Positions 52,771 through 64,000 of a stretch of DNA of 64,000 nucleotides are shown here, one piece after another. The translations under genes and the position numbers were made by a program. Source of the DNA: Takakia lepidozioides (Eukaryota; Plantae; Bryophyta); the NCBI GenBank assembly GCA_030704615.1, contig CM060732.1, positions 81,344,001 to 81,408,000 on the forward strand, in the 5' to 3' direction. Below the pieces are notes generated by a model. The model saw only the letters and a program-made list of their open reading frames with translations, was not told where the DNA came from and made no database searches. The first letter of the stretch is position 1; every line of letters starts with the position of its first letter.

Positions 52771-52851
52771 GCTGCTCAGATCTGGCAGGATGAGACCATC
52801 AGGTCTCGGAATCATACACCATCAAACGCATCATCAACACACTCCAGCAAC
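52771..52851 (-). ncRNA. Candidate box C/D snoRNA (first in the cluster)
   Basis: UGAUGA (52836-52831) ... CUGA (52779-52776) with flanking GUUGCU/AGCAGC; internal GAGACCUGAUG. Confidence 0.3.
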
Positions 52852-52918
52852 CCCGACGCCCGCCGGGGGTTCCTAGTTTCTTCTCACATATTCTGCATCA
52901 ATCGCCGCCTCAGGGGCC

Positions 52919-52957
52919 TATATATAGAGAAACGAAGAGGTCGCAGGGAAACCCTAG
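52919..52957 (-). promoter_or_regulatory. Promoter of the snoRNA cluster: TATA box plus telo-box
   Basis: TATATATA at 52919-52926 and AAACCCTAG at 52949-52957, an arrangement typical of plant snoRNA and ribosome-biogenesis genes. Confidence 0.6.
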
Positions 52958-54971
52958 TGGGTGAAGAGATGTATGATCCATGATCCATTGGTGGACAACG
53001 TAATGCAAATATCGGTACCTACGTATTTGGATTACAACCCACGATGGCATGATCGGTATGGTTTTGTAGAAAAGCGATGTGGTAAGCAAGAGAAGAGTGC
53101 AAAAATTGTAGCGACTGATGCAATTGGGATGTTGTCATGTTGAATAATGGGTATCCCAGTTCACCACTGTCTCAAACTACAATAAATGGGTAGTACCCCA
53201 AGGATGTCTCAAACTACCTTTTGGTGCCAGCCACCTACATTCGAAGTAGACATGGGACATTACAGGAGAGAGAGGTCTCCGAGTATGGTGCCTTATTGTG
53301 GATCTAGTATTTGAGAGAGATGTGATGTACTTACAAACCAGATTGTATATGAGGGTGGGGATCTCACGCAAAACATTTGAAACTGAATTTACTCATCTCA
53401 TTGTGTTCAGAACAATTAATGCATCCTCAATGTCCAAATGATTTATGGTACATATTTCCAAAAATTAAAATGGTGCAAAGCTGCTGAGGCTTTGTATGAA
53501 CCATTAAAGAAAAAAAATGTACATCAATTTATAAAACATAATAAGTAAAACTCATAAAAAGTTTGGCTTAATAATCAGTCGTTGCACTTCCTTTGCTCGG
53601 AGCTTCTTATGCTGAACAGTCTGCAAAGTAGGAAAATCCGTCTCTTCCAACGAAAAACCTATGGAGTCATCTGCATCTGTCACTGCTCGCTCACAAGGTT
53701 GAACACCATGCAATGTAGAGGAATCTGTCTTTTGCACACAAAATAAACCCTTAAAGTTGTCTGCATCCTTCACTGTTTGCTTACCAGTACGATGTTATGC
53801 TGATGAGCTATTCTTACGTTGAACAGGATGCAACGTAGGAAAATCAGTCTCTTCCAAAGAGAATGAACCCAAAAAATCACCTGCATCCATCATTGTTTGT
53901 TTGCCATTGTGATGTATACTTGTTGGCGGGGTGATCTTACGTTGAAGAGCAGGCAGAGTAGGAAAAAGAACAGCTTGCAACGTAGAAGAGGTCGTTTCTT
54001 CCAAAGAGAAAGATGGTCCCATTAGGTCTGTAAGTTGTTCTGCACCTTGGTTGTTCCTCTTTGTAAGTCTTGTGTTTGCATCTTGGGGACGGATTGTCGG
54101 CCGGGTTCCCCAAGCCTTCGCACTTGGTGGGGAAGTAACATGAGCCATCTCCCCCCAGGGTTTGGGTCTTGTCACCAGGTCTCCATATGTCACTGGAACC
54201 TTAGACGGGTCCATCTTCCGGAAGGTTATTGAAATACTGCAATACAAATTTCAAGCATGATTAGCAATTTTATTACCATTGACAAGCTCGGTACAATATC
54301 TAGCTTTGTGGAATCAATGTGAATATGAAAATTGACAAGAGTTTAACATGCTTACTGTGGACTTGACACTGCCGGGATAGCATGCTGCGCAACATCGGCA
54401 CAAGGAGCTTCTGGAACGTTCCCTTTAGGGAAAATGGGGAGTATGCCCTTATCAATTGATGCAAATTCACACATCAAAGGGAACTATGCCACAAAGGAAA
54501 AAAATTTCACCTTCCGTATGATCTCCTAGGGAAAGCAAAAAAAAATCCCTTTGACTTTTCCTCCCAGCTTTTCCCCATGAGATGTTCCATGTAGGCTAAC
54601 TTATCCCTATGTCCTTTTCCTTGTGGGGCAATGCTTATTTCCATGTGGTTTTTGTGATGTTTTTCTTGGTGTACATTTTCCCCTTAGGTTACATTTCCCC
54701 CTGAATTTTTCCCTGCGAGAGTATGTTTTTTCCTGATGTACATTTCCCTTTCCTTGTGTAAGTTTCCCTGCAAGAGTATGTATTTTTCCCCGTGACTTTT
54801 GTGATGCAAGAGTATATCTCGTACCGATGTACATTTCCCCTGTGATTTTCCTTGCAAGAGAATGGTTTTCCCGTGCAATTTTCCCCATGACAGTATGTGT
54901 TTCATTCCCGGTGATATTTTTGAATGGTCTTTTTTATCATTCCAAGGTCCAAAAAGATTCACAGGATTACC

Positions 54972-55320
54972 GTGTACAGCTTCTCCTCCTTCTGTATGTG
55001 GTAACTCTGGCACACAATTCAGCTAGCTACCATGAATATTCTTTAGCAAACTTCACAGATGTGAATTTGGGGCATGCCAGTTTCCTGACCTGCTTTCAGT
55101 AAAATCCCTATATCCAACAAATGCTCCTATAGAAATGTTCAAGCCTAATAGACAAGATTCACACAGATACAAGCCATACCTATCCATAGCCCCAGTCTCG
55201 GACGTTGTCTACATCCAATTGGTCAATACATCCGTCTATGGGGGGTGGAAGGTTCACCAAAACTACTTGGTCCTTCAAGGCCCACTTCACCACCTCATCG
55301 AGATACTTGGTCATTTGGTG
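54972..55320 (-). pseudogene. Captured exon fragments of an unidentified gene
   Basis: MTKYLDEVVKWALKDQVVLVNLPPPIDGCIDQLDVDNVRDWGYG ends at donor |gtatgg; further splice sites lie at ~55089 and ~54972. Confidence 0.45.
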
Positions 55321-55435
55321 GAACAATGAGCCAAGATTCACAGCAACATGCTGAGTTACATCTTGCATTCAAACATTGATGGTCAAAACCTTGAAAAATG
55401 CAGGCAGAACAGAAAAGAGAGAATATAGTACTCAC

Positions 55436-56194
55436 TTGAGGTAGGGGAGAGTCATGTTCTTAAGAAGAATGGGGTGCTGCTGCACCAAACTGCGCCATTC
55501 TTCATTGTCTATCTTCCCATCCTTAACAGGTGATCAAGATTTAACAACAGGGGTGAGGTGTTAACTGAATCCCTGTGCACAATTTAACAGCCCAGCTAGC
55601 TAGCTGGGCCTGTAGTGGGTAGGTGTGGCCGTTACTATCTGAGCAGGCCTCTTAGCAGCCAGGTGCAGCTGGGGCCTTACAACCACCTACAGCGACCACT
55701 TAAAAAGATAATAAATGCAGTCAATTTAGGTTAGTTGACTGTTACAACTACAGAAATTCATGATTGAAAACTAATGAAGACAATTTGAATTAGTGACAAG
55801 CAAGAGCTGCGGGTGATGTGTTTTTTATTGCACTTCCAGTTGCGATATCATGTATGTATTTCAAACAAGACTGTCATCAATGGGTGGCCACTTCCCATTG
55901 GAAAGTTGCCCTACAGAATGACCAGGTTTGTCAAGCAAAGGACTCGGCAACCACTAAGCCAGAAGCTTTATCCTACTGTAGAATCAGAGTCTTTTCCTAT
56001 TCACACGAAACCTTGCAAAACTGTTTCACAAAGCTATCAACAAATTGTTGTGGGGAATTCCCAAAACAGTGAGTGCTTGACATATATAGACTGAAGCACA
56101 CGGGTAAATGCACCTTATCAATGATCTCCTCAACCACTTCATCTGAGAGGTTCAGACCTGACTCTGCCAAAGTCGCAACCACCATCCGCTTCAC
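55436..56194 (-). pseudogene. CBL: Captured calcineurin B-like (CBL) fragment: an 81-bp exon (56194-56114) and a truncated EF-hand exon (~55524-55436) with intron
   Basis: [27 protein letters not shown] and [30 protein letters not shown], with native splice donors. Confidence 0.85.
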
Positions 56195-57019
56195 CTGCCA
56201 ATCCAAGTCCCACCCCATATGAACATTTTCAATTTCTGCCTCACTTCTTGACGGAGAACAACAAGATCTCCAACCAGACAGAACAACCATTAACCACAAT
56301 TTCTTGACCAGTACTTGCTAAGGCCTCCACACCTATGGAAGGTGGCTAAGGTCCCTGTCAATAGAAACTAGTCATCCTACATGACCACCTGCCCTCTTTG
56401 ACATTGTTTATACAAGGTGGAAGAGACAACTACATGGTGAAGTATGAGTTACGTGATTCTCAATTTCACAACATGCTAGAGTCATATGTGCATGTCAACA
56501 CCACTCGGTGCATAACATATACATTTCAAGGTTCTCAAGAGTTGTGGAAGTTGTGGGTTGGCATGGTATGGCCACATGGAAACCTAACCAAGCCACTTTC
56601 CTAAAGGGTCCAGACATGCAATGAAGTACCTCTCTTTTGAAATGAGTACCTCTCTATTAAGTCATCAAGTAACAAGATTGCTAATCTTCCACTGCTGTGA
56701 AGATCCTCCCAAGCCTAAAATACTGCAAAGATAAAAGGCTTGTAAGAAACTAGAGTGCAAGACCACACAAAAGCCTTCGCAGTTACAACTCTGCGTAAAA
56801 GATCACTACCCTCCTAATTCACCAGTTGGAACCTTTAGCCATGCCCACATCCTTAAATCTATCCTATGAAGCGAATCAGGCTCCATTTGGGTAACTGGTC
56901 GTGAACTCTTTAGTTATTTAGAAATTTTAGAATGTTTCACCATTTTCCAGTATGAAGAAATGTATGCAGAAACGGAGACGAGAGAGAGAGAGAAGTGGCA
57001 TAGGAGAAAAAATAAGTAC

Positions 57020-57102
57020 TTGGTAGCAAGGCGATCGTCAATAATCTCGTTGACGACGTATTGCATCACTCGTGCTAAGAATCCCCCTCCTCTTCCAGCC
57101 AT
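57020..57102 (-). pseudogene. Captured first exon of a small conserved plant protein
   Basis: MAGRGGGFLARVMQYVVNEIIDDRLAT ends at donor aa|gtactt. It resembles a recalled uncharacterised plant family N-terminus (MAGG.F..RV..Y..NE). Confidence 0.55.
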
Positions 57103-59963
57103 CGCTTACACGTGTCACTTTTTCCCCCTGTTGTTTTCTAGTGTGATATGGTAAAGTCCCACTTTTCCCTATAGTTTTTCAGAGTGGTATGGTAATGTTA
57201 CACTTTTTCCCTCTGTAATACGATTTTTTTAGGAATTCTTGAAGGAAAAACATATTCTCCTCTGACAGAGGTAAGTGTTAGGGTAAAAAAGACACCTTTT
57301 CCACTTGCTACAGAGGGAACGTCCCCAAAAGCTCCTTGTGCGGCACCGTTTCCTTTTAGCACCAACACTGACCCAATAGGTAAAGCGATGGAGAGAGGCC
57401 CATTAAACTCGAGGACCCACAATTTTGAGCTTGGATCCGAACACTATGCTGCACTCGCTCAAGAGCGAAACCGTGCAAAAAGGTCGAACAAAATCATGGT
57501 GATCAATGTGCGGGGGGATACAATCTCCCTCGTCGTATAAGTTGATGATACAACTGTCAGGTATGCATGTCGGCGGTAGGACCTTCCACTTGACTAGTCG
57601 CTTGATTGTGTCATGCAGCAACTTAGGGATTGGATCCACGACTTCCTTTTGAAGGATTCCTGGAGGATTTCCATCCTTATTCTACACCCACATATAACGC
57701 ACATATTTAGCAATATTGTTTGAAAGAGAGAACCCGATCTCACCTGATAATTTCCTACTCACGTTGTCACAAATTCTAACATCTAAGAAAACATTTAACA
57801 ATACAGTCAATAACTTGACATGTCATTGTTAACCACTTTTGTCTGGATCTGTTTTGAGAGATTAGAGATAGACAAAAATCTTGATCAGCTTCAAATACCA
57901 TATTATAGATTAACAACAAGGAATTATGATCACTTACCACAGCATAGTTGTAGCAACAACCAAATTGAATTGTAGTCCGCCCTTTTCCTCGCATCCACTT
58001 GCGTGGCTCGGTGAAAGTACGGGCTGCATGAAGCGAACAACTAAGGTTAGTCACTGTACTTCTCTAGCAAAAACCAGCGAAATATCGAAATAGTACAAGT
58101 AGTAGTGTCTTGGACCATAAAATATTTGACAGGTTTGACAGCTTGTAATAATACCTCGTAGATCTCCATGCCGCCCCTTGATTTGATATTCGTAAACCAT
58201 ATTCACCAATTGAGCTTGTTCATTCTCATCAAAGATCCCTGTGTGAAGCTCAAGGCCATCAGAAATATTGACAGATCGCTTGTGCACTGACTCATAGCAC
58301 ACAAAGTCCTTCCTCCTCTTCACCTTTTGTAGCCGCACCCCCTCTCCCTCCGTTGACAAGTCCATTGCTTTCGACTTAGACTCCACCACCCCAAAGTCGC
58401 GCGGTAGTAGTTTCAATCAAGTCCCCTCGTGGTCGTCGGCTCACAAATTGTATGTGTATCAAGATGCACTACCTCAAGCATAGAAAGAGAAGTTCAGATT
58501 CAGTAGATTCAATCAAGTCCCCTGATGAAGTCTAAATGATAGGTGTGTATATACGATGCACTAACGCACAAAGAGCACTGAGGGAGGGGGGAGGGAGGAG
58601 AAAGAAAGGAGCTGGAATATCAGGCTGAATATGAAAGCAGAATGAGATCTAGCATCCACATAAAAGATGAACTTTTGCTAATAATATCACTGCCCTCTTT
58701 TTCCTTGCCTAGATCAGTTCCATTTATATGTATGGAAAGAGACCTGTCCGCAATAACTTAGGCAGCAAGCTTGAGAGGCTCGAGAGGATCAGCGGAAACC
58801 AGTTGTCTCGGGAGGGACGAAGGAACAAGGCAAGTGCTACAAAATAAATTAAAATAAAACAATAAAACAATCCATAAAAATATATATTTGATAAATACTG
58901 GCAAAGTGTTTAGTACAACCTGTACAAGTTTTTTTTTTTTTAAAGGGAACTTGTACAAGTAAGTTCAGCTAGTTATTTACAGCATTGTGCTAAAAAAAAG
59001 AAACAAAATGGCTAAACTAGTATAGCCATTCATTTAGGTTGACAAAAGATGCTGCGACCGACATGTGGCTATGTGCTGGGACCAACACATAGGGTATGAC
59101 ATGCGGCGGACCAGCAGAGGAGAAGGACTCTGGGATGGGCACGTGTGCTCATCGCTCCCAGGCAAGGAGGGAGATGAGTCTTGTGAAATCGAAGTTAAGA
59201 GAGCGAATGCGAGAGATCTGACCTGCTGGATGCGAGCAAGGATGCGTGTGAGATTCTTGGAGTAGAGATAATGATCGTGTGCTGCGATTTCTGTGCAAGA
59301 TAAGCTTTCAAGGAGATCGGGAGGACCAATGTATATGCCTGCTGGAATGCTGGGCTCACACCATGCCTCTGCTTCTTTTGCTACACACAATTCTGGTAAT
59401 TACTGTCCTCTCCTTCCTTCCCAGCTCTGTTTTTTCCGGACATAGGCTGTCTCCGCACACATGCTGGAGGGGAGTGGATGGGGTTTTGGGTAATTGCTAC
59501 TACTGTTGCTTCGGAAAGGGAAGACGGTACTATACAAGTATGCAATATTCAAGTCTCGTGAACAATGTTCGAGGTTCTCAATAGCGTCTCATCTGTACAT
59601 TGTGTTTTATGCGAGTGTCAAGCAATTTGACAAGTTAAAAAGCTTCAGTGTCTTGAATAGGCTTAAAGTATTTCGGCATTACTAGTATGTTTCGTGGACT
59701 GGCAGGGGCGTGCCCCAACCCTAAATGGTTGCACGGTTTTCAACAGCTTTGCAAGTTTTTGGATGCCATTGCCCTGGATTGTGATACTGACCTGGTGCCG
59801 TTATATCAGCTGGTGTCCATTCCTGAAAATATCGTTACTCATTTTACACGTAAATTTTCTCGTTTCAGACATTCGCGCCCAAACGGTGTCTACCACTGCA
59901 TGTGTATCGCGCTCTCCACGCCTAACAAGCCAAGTTTGTTCTCGTGTAACCGTTTTCCCCGCA

Positions 59964-61386
59964 ATGGCGGGTGTTTGTTGCAAGTCGTTGGTCCGCCCTG
60001 TATCAAGCTTGAAGCAATGCCAGGGAGAGAGAAAAATGCGACATTCGTCTTACTTGGGCTGTGTTCCGCTCCCTTTTAGGAGACCTCAAATTTTGGAATG
60101 GAGGGCTGAGAGGGTGATACCCCTGGCTATGGGAGCCGCATCGGGAGAAACAAATGGAAGCCCAGATGCGTCCGGGGGAGGGAGGTCGCACTCGTCTCGA
60201 GCTGGCCGAACACGGGTGAAAAATGAGGTGGAGTCAGTGCGGTCAAAAATTACGGGCTTCGTAGAGAAGAAGGCCGGGTACTTCTGGCTTGGGGGCCCGA
60301 TACTGATCACTGCCGCGGTCACGATCCCATCAGCTGTGGTCTCACTGATTGATCTGCTGCAGCAGTCTTATTGGTTAGGACTGGCTGCCACCTTCGGACT
60401 CGACATCCTCTTCGTCCTATCTGCGGATTTGTTCTTCGTGCTTGCTGATAAGGCTGGGCATCACCAGGAAATTCCCGGGGGTCCACCCCCTTATGTTGGA
60501 CCATGGGAGTACACAGGCTATCCGAAGGGAGAACCTTCCTTTTCAAAGTTTGTCTCGTATGCTGGTGTGGGCATTGCAGTTTTGGGAATTCTGGTGTCTC
60601 TCTTTTTAGGGAAGGTGGCTGTGGCATTGCCTGCCCTTGGGTCGTACCTGGCCTTAATCTTCATCCAGGTCAGTGTGTCTCGATTAAACTTGTTCTATGA
60701 AAACCTTCTTTTTTTTCATCCTTTGTCACTTGCTCTTCGAATAGATATATTGGAATCTTAGGAGAGCAATGCTTCATTGCAAGAATTAACGTCTGCAGGA
60801 GTTCTAGAGAGTAGAAAATTAAGTATGTAAGTTGTGACAATGAGGTGAATTCTTAATCTTTCCAGTATGTTTGGGAGGGGGAAAGAGACATTCAATTTTC
60901 GTAAGAATCCTTAATGTATCAAGATCTTGCATGGACGCAGCACACATGCGCACAAACAACCATTCGATGTAAACGTTGGCTATGGCAAGTATCCTGAAGG
61001 CTATTTTGCCCACCAGGTTATGTTGGTAATAAGTTTTGATGTATGTGTGGACACTGATATCCTACTTGAAAACATGAGGTTAGGAATATGACCAGAGGAC
61101 ATCTTACATCAACTCAATATTTGAAACTCGTTTTTTGCAGGTTGCATATGAGAGACTACTGAACAATGACAGAGTCCCGGTCTATCCACTGGTGCCTATC
61201 GTCTATACAGTGTACAGATTCCGACAGCTAGCAAGAGGGATGGAGCTTGTTGCGGCCATGGGGGGTGGCACCCTCTTAGCCTGGACAATTCGACTGCTGA
61301 TGGTTGTGTGGACACTCTACCTGGGGATGCATTTGACTCAGCTTCCTTGGCTATATTCAACATGGAACTCAAACAGGGTGACCTGA
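59964..61386 (+). CDS. Uncharacterised multi-pass membrane protein, probably plastid-targeted (exons 59964-60668 and 61141-61386; 316 aa)
   Basis: Transit-peptide-like N-terminus, several hydrophobic segments, in-frame phase-0 GT-AG intron, PVYPLVPIVYTVYRFRQL motif. Confidence 0.8.
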
Positions 61387-62874
61387 GAGGTTGTTTCCTG
61401 TTTTCCGTGTGTCTTTCTGCTCCCTTGGGTTTTTACCATATGTGACACAGGGAAATGTTTCACTAGTACTGCCCAATGGGACTGCTCCTTGGTTGGAGTA
61501 GCTCAAATGGGACTTCTGCCCGGTTCTGTAAAGCACAAAATGCTTTGTCATGGTCAACAACAGGGTTTGTGGTTTCTATCATCTCTTGATCCTGTATTGT
61601 GGGTCTATGGCCTCAAGGCTACCCCAAACAACGTCTCATGAGTACATTCTGATTCTCTAATTTCATCTGTTGATAAATCAGCTATGGAAGCTGTGGGCTT
61701 AAGGTTTTTGTCAGGTGAAGCTTGAATCCTTGAGGGGTTACCCATAAGTCTTAAAGGCAAGGATGAACAGTGTCGTATATGGAGTTTCAAAGTGATTCAT
61801 GTAGGGGGCTGTTATAGGTTTGGATGTTAAGGTTCTGTTGACAGTCTCCCATCAGCTTGGAGGCGCACATGTACAAGGTTGGTGAAATGGGCAGGAGAAA
61901 GTGTTTATTGACGTGTAAGATTTTCCACTGAGGGTCAATGACACAGCAGTACTAAAGATATACTGCTCTAGGTTCTTAGAAAGCCTTGGGATTTGGGTCC
62001 ACTATATGGGAAGGGAGTTCTAAGCATAGCGGATAGTTTCACAGCCAAACCTGTGCCCTTGAAGTTTATTCTGTCAGCTTTCTCCAGGCTGTCAACATTG
62101 CTGTAAGATTGGAATGCTCACACTGAGTAGAGGAACGGTATAAAATGGATGGACTTGGTCACTTGAAAGGAACTGAGTCATGTAAGGCAAACTAGCCCCC
62201 ACAGGAATACCTTGGTGATTATGCACATCAAATTGAGGCTAGAATCTTGAAGACAAATGAACATCAAATTTACAGGTAAGTTTCACCACTGGAGTATGCC
62301 TTATGTGATGGTTGTGGCTCTCATACTCCTTCATGTCTCACTTCTTTCCCCCCCTTCTCTTCTACTTGATACAAGATGGGGGGTCTATTGCCACTTGTCA
62401 TAATTACTTCTGTCCCATTCAAAGGTTTTGACTGGAAGGGACATTTAAGCTGTCAATGTGGAACCCCTAGCCCCTGGATGAGGCACTTCTACTTTCAGTG
62501 CATAATGTCAAGTAGTTGTGCTGTTCTACTTCGTCCCTTGGGTCCTTCGGGTCCCCTATGGACTACATACAGTTTCTTTTTGTGGAGCATATCCAGCAAA
62601 CTTAATAAGTTTCTGTTTCTGTATCTTTCTCCACTGAACCAGCTAACATCAGATTCCCAATCCTCCAAAAATACCCTTCTAGTTGGCAGAGCCAATCACT
62701 ACCTCTCACCTAAGCTTCCATGGGGCCCATTCTGGTCAACGTCGATATCTGATCTTTGTAGTCACCTTGTGGCACACCAACACAAAATAGCTCTATAGTA
62801 TATACATGTACAGATTTGCATCCATCCTCTTCGTGTTGCAAATCAATGACCCCTCCATATAATGAATTTACTCA

Positions 62875-64000
62875 TCACTGCCACGGCATCCTATTTAGAT
62901 GTTGTCCCTGTGCTGGCCCACTTCCCTTTCTGCTACTTTTTTCCCTGTTCTTCCTATTATGATTAGGGTCATTCAAATTTGTACTGGGAGGTGGACATGA
63001 AACTGGGTTTCTTTCCCTCTCTATCAGTGCAAGAGGTGGCTGTCTGCAGTACTCACTGGAACTTGCATTGGAAGGGGGTTTTTGATGGGCACTGCCACTA
63101 CGTATTTTTGGGACGGGACACTTTTCTTTATTTTGGTGAGCCCCATGATGCCTCCCATAGTCTTTTGCATGACTTTTCAAGGTCCCAGGAGACTGCTCAC
63201 GACTTGGGGACCTCCTAAGGAATTTCCCATGGGTCGAGGGACTGTCAATGGACGTACTTGGCGAGTGGTCATTCAGCTGCAGCCTGTCCCTTCTTTTAGA
63301 TACATCAGGACCATGAAAGAGCTCAGCATTGCCAAAATCAGAGTCGGCACTGTGAGATTGGTGGACCATTTGACCAGGGAGGGCGACCCCAAAGGAGCCA
63401 TCACAAACGCAAGGGGATCTGCTTCTTGAGATACCATTGCTGCTCCTCAAAACATGAGACCGCTCAACAGAGGTCTCTCTTTTCACATGGTCCTGTCTCC
63501 CAATATGGGAAATACCAGGGGGCTTACTTCGAACAGAACTCTGGTGTGAGGAGGTGTTTCGTCGCTGAGTATAGGGGCCATTAGGGGACTTCCTATGTTG
63601 AGAATTGTCCCTCTCTTTCAAGGGGCAAATATTGGACTTCTGGGGATGGTTGACCCTTGGGAGAGTGTAGGTGCTCTCAGCAGACCCACACTTCCCTTTG
63701 TGGCCCACATCATCTTTGGATGGGTACTTGCTCTGTAACAAAATGTCTCTTTCTTGGGAAGGACCTTCAGTGGAGAGCAAGCAACAGGCTGCTTCCCTCT
63801 CTAAGCTTTGATGGAATCGGCCATCTGTTGGTGTGGGGTATCGTTTGTCAGATAGTGCAGTGCCATTCTGCCTGACTTTTGCACTCCAATGTTCTGTGAT
63901 CTGTGTGAAATTTCTTTCTTCTTGTGAGGAGCTCTGAGTATCCTCACTCAGCTCTGTAAGTGGTGATGGGCTCCTGTACAATTTGTCATCCTCCTGTGCT
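62875..64000 (-). CDS. 3' part of an unknown Ser/Arg/His-rich low-complexity protein (start probably outside the window)
   Basis: ORF of 368+ aa reaching the window edge, with splice-like signals at 62700-62870. No recognisable domain. Confidence 0.5.
   Translation of the reverse strand, partial: AQEDDKLYRSPSPLTELSEDTQSSSQEERNFTQITEHWSAKVRQNGTALSDKRYPTPTDGRFHQSLEREAACCLLSTEGPSQERDILLQSKYPSKDDVGHKGKCGSAESTYTLPRVNHPQKSNICPLKERDNSQHRKSPNGPYTQRRNTSSHQSSVRSKPPGISHIGRQDHVKRETSVERSHVLRSSNGISRSRSPCVCDGSFGVALPGQMVHQSHSADSDFGNAELFHGPDVSKRRDRLQLNDHSPSTSIDSPSTHGKFLRRSPSREQSPGTLKSHAKDYGRHHGAHQNKEKCPVPKIRSGSAHQKPPSNASSSEYCRQPPLALIERERNPVSCPPPSTNLNDPNHNRKNREKSSRKGSGPAQGQHLNRMPWQ

Larger units (their letters stand above)
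54399..57340. mobile_element. Non-autonomous CACTA-superfamily element with CACAA termini carrying captured gene fragments (Pack-CACTA, 2942 bp)
   Basis: TIRs cacaaggagcttctggaacgttccct / agggaacgtccccaaaagctccttgtg; 3-bp TSD CGG (54396-98, 57341-43); subterminal repeats at 54600-54920. Removing it restores ALKBH9 NGADVAQH. Confidence 0.92.
53552..59440 (-). pseudogene. ALKBH9: ALKBH9-type RNA m6A demethylase pseudogene, split by a CACTA insertion
   Basis: Exons ~59390-59223, ~58416-58155, 58023-57938, 57681-57341, [insert], 54398-54356, 54236-53552. Motifs GLELHTGIF, KWMRGKGRTTIQFGCCYNY, PPHIDHHDFVRPF, GNGA|DVAQH, ISITFRKMD. Frameshift at ~57411 and an in-frame stop at 53795. Confidence 0.88.

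Noticed and set aside
54607-55013. Lys/Gly-rich ORFs
   Set aside because: They are translations of CACTA subterminal repeats.
55436-56194. Functional CBL gene
   Set aside because: Only two partial exons, enclosed by transposon TIRs.

Overview
Land-plant nuclear DNA, probably from a non-seed plant (bryophyte or lycophyte). This is inferred from GT-AG introns, a Tcn1-type chromovirus, a Sola1-like transposase and CACAA-ended CACTA termini. The first ~32 kb is mostly decayed transposons: a 52-bp palindromic tandem array with a MITE and a 533-bp duplication (2.2-4.2 kb), LTR-like sequence (5-9.3 kb), a frameshifted Ty3/gypsy chromovirus with a Tf1-like self-priming PBS (10-15.6 kb), a large two-gene Sola1-like DDD element marked by dispersed palindromes (about 16-25 kb), telomere-like repeats, a hAT MITE and a SINE. 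The second half is gene-rich. It holds an unknown putative regulator, a 14-exon RIK (KH-domain) gene, an intronless class-3 lipase, a polycistronic snoRNA cluster including U14, an ALKBH9 pseudogene split by a Pack-CACTA that carries pieces of three host genes, a 2-exon membrane protein gene, and the end of a low-complexity ORF. All calls are by eye and from recalled family motifs; no database searches were run.
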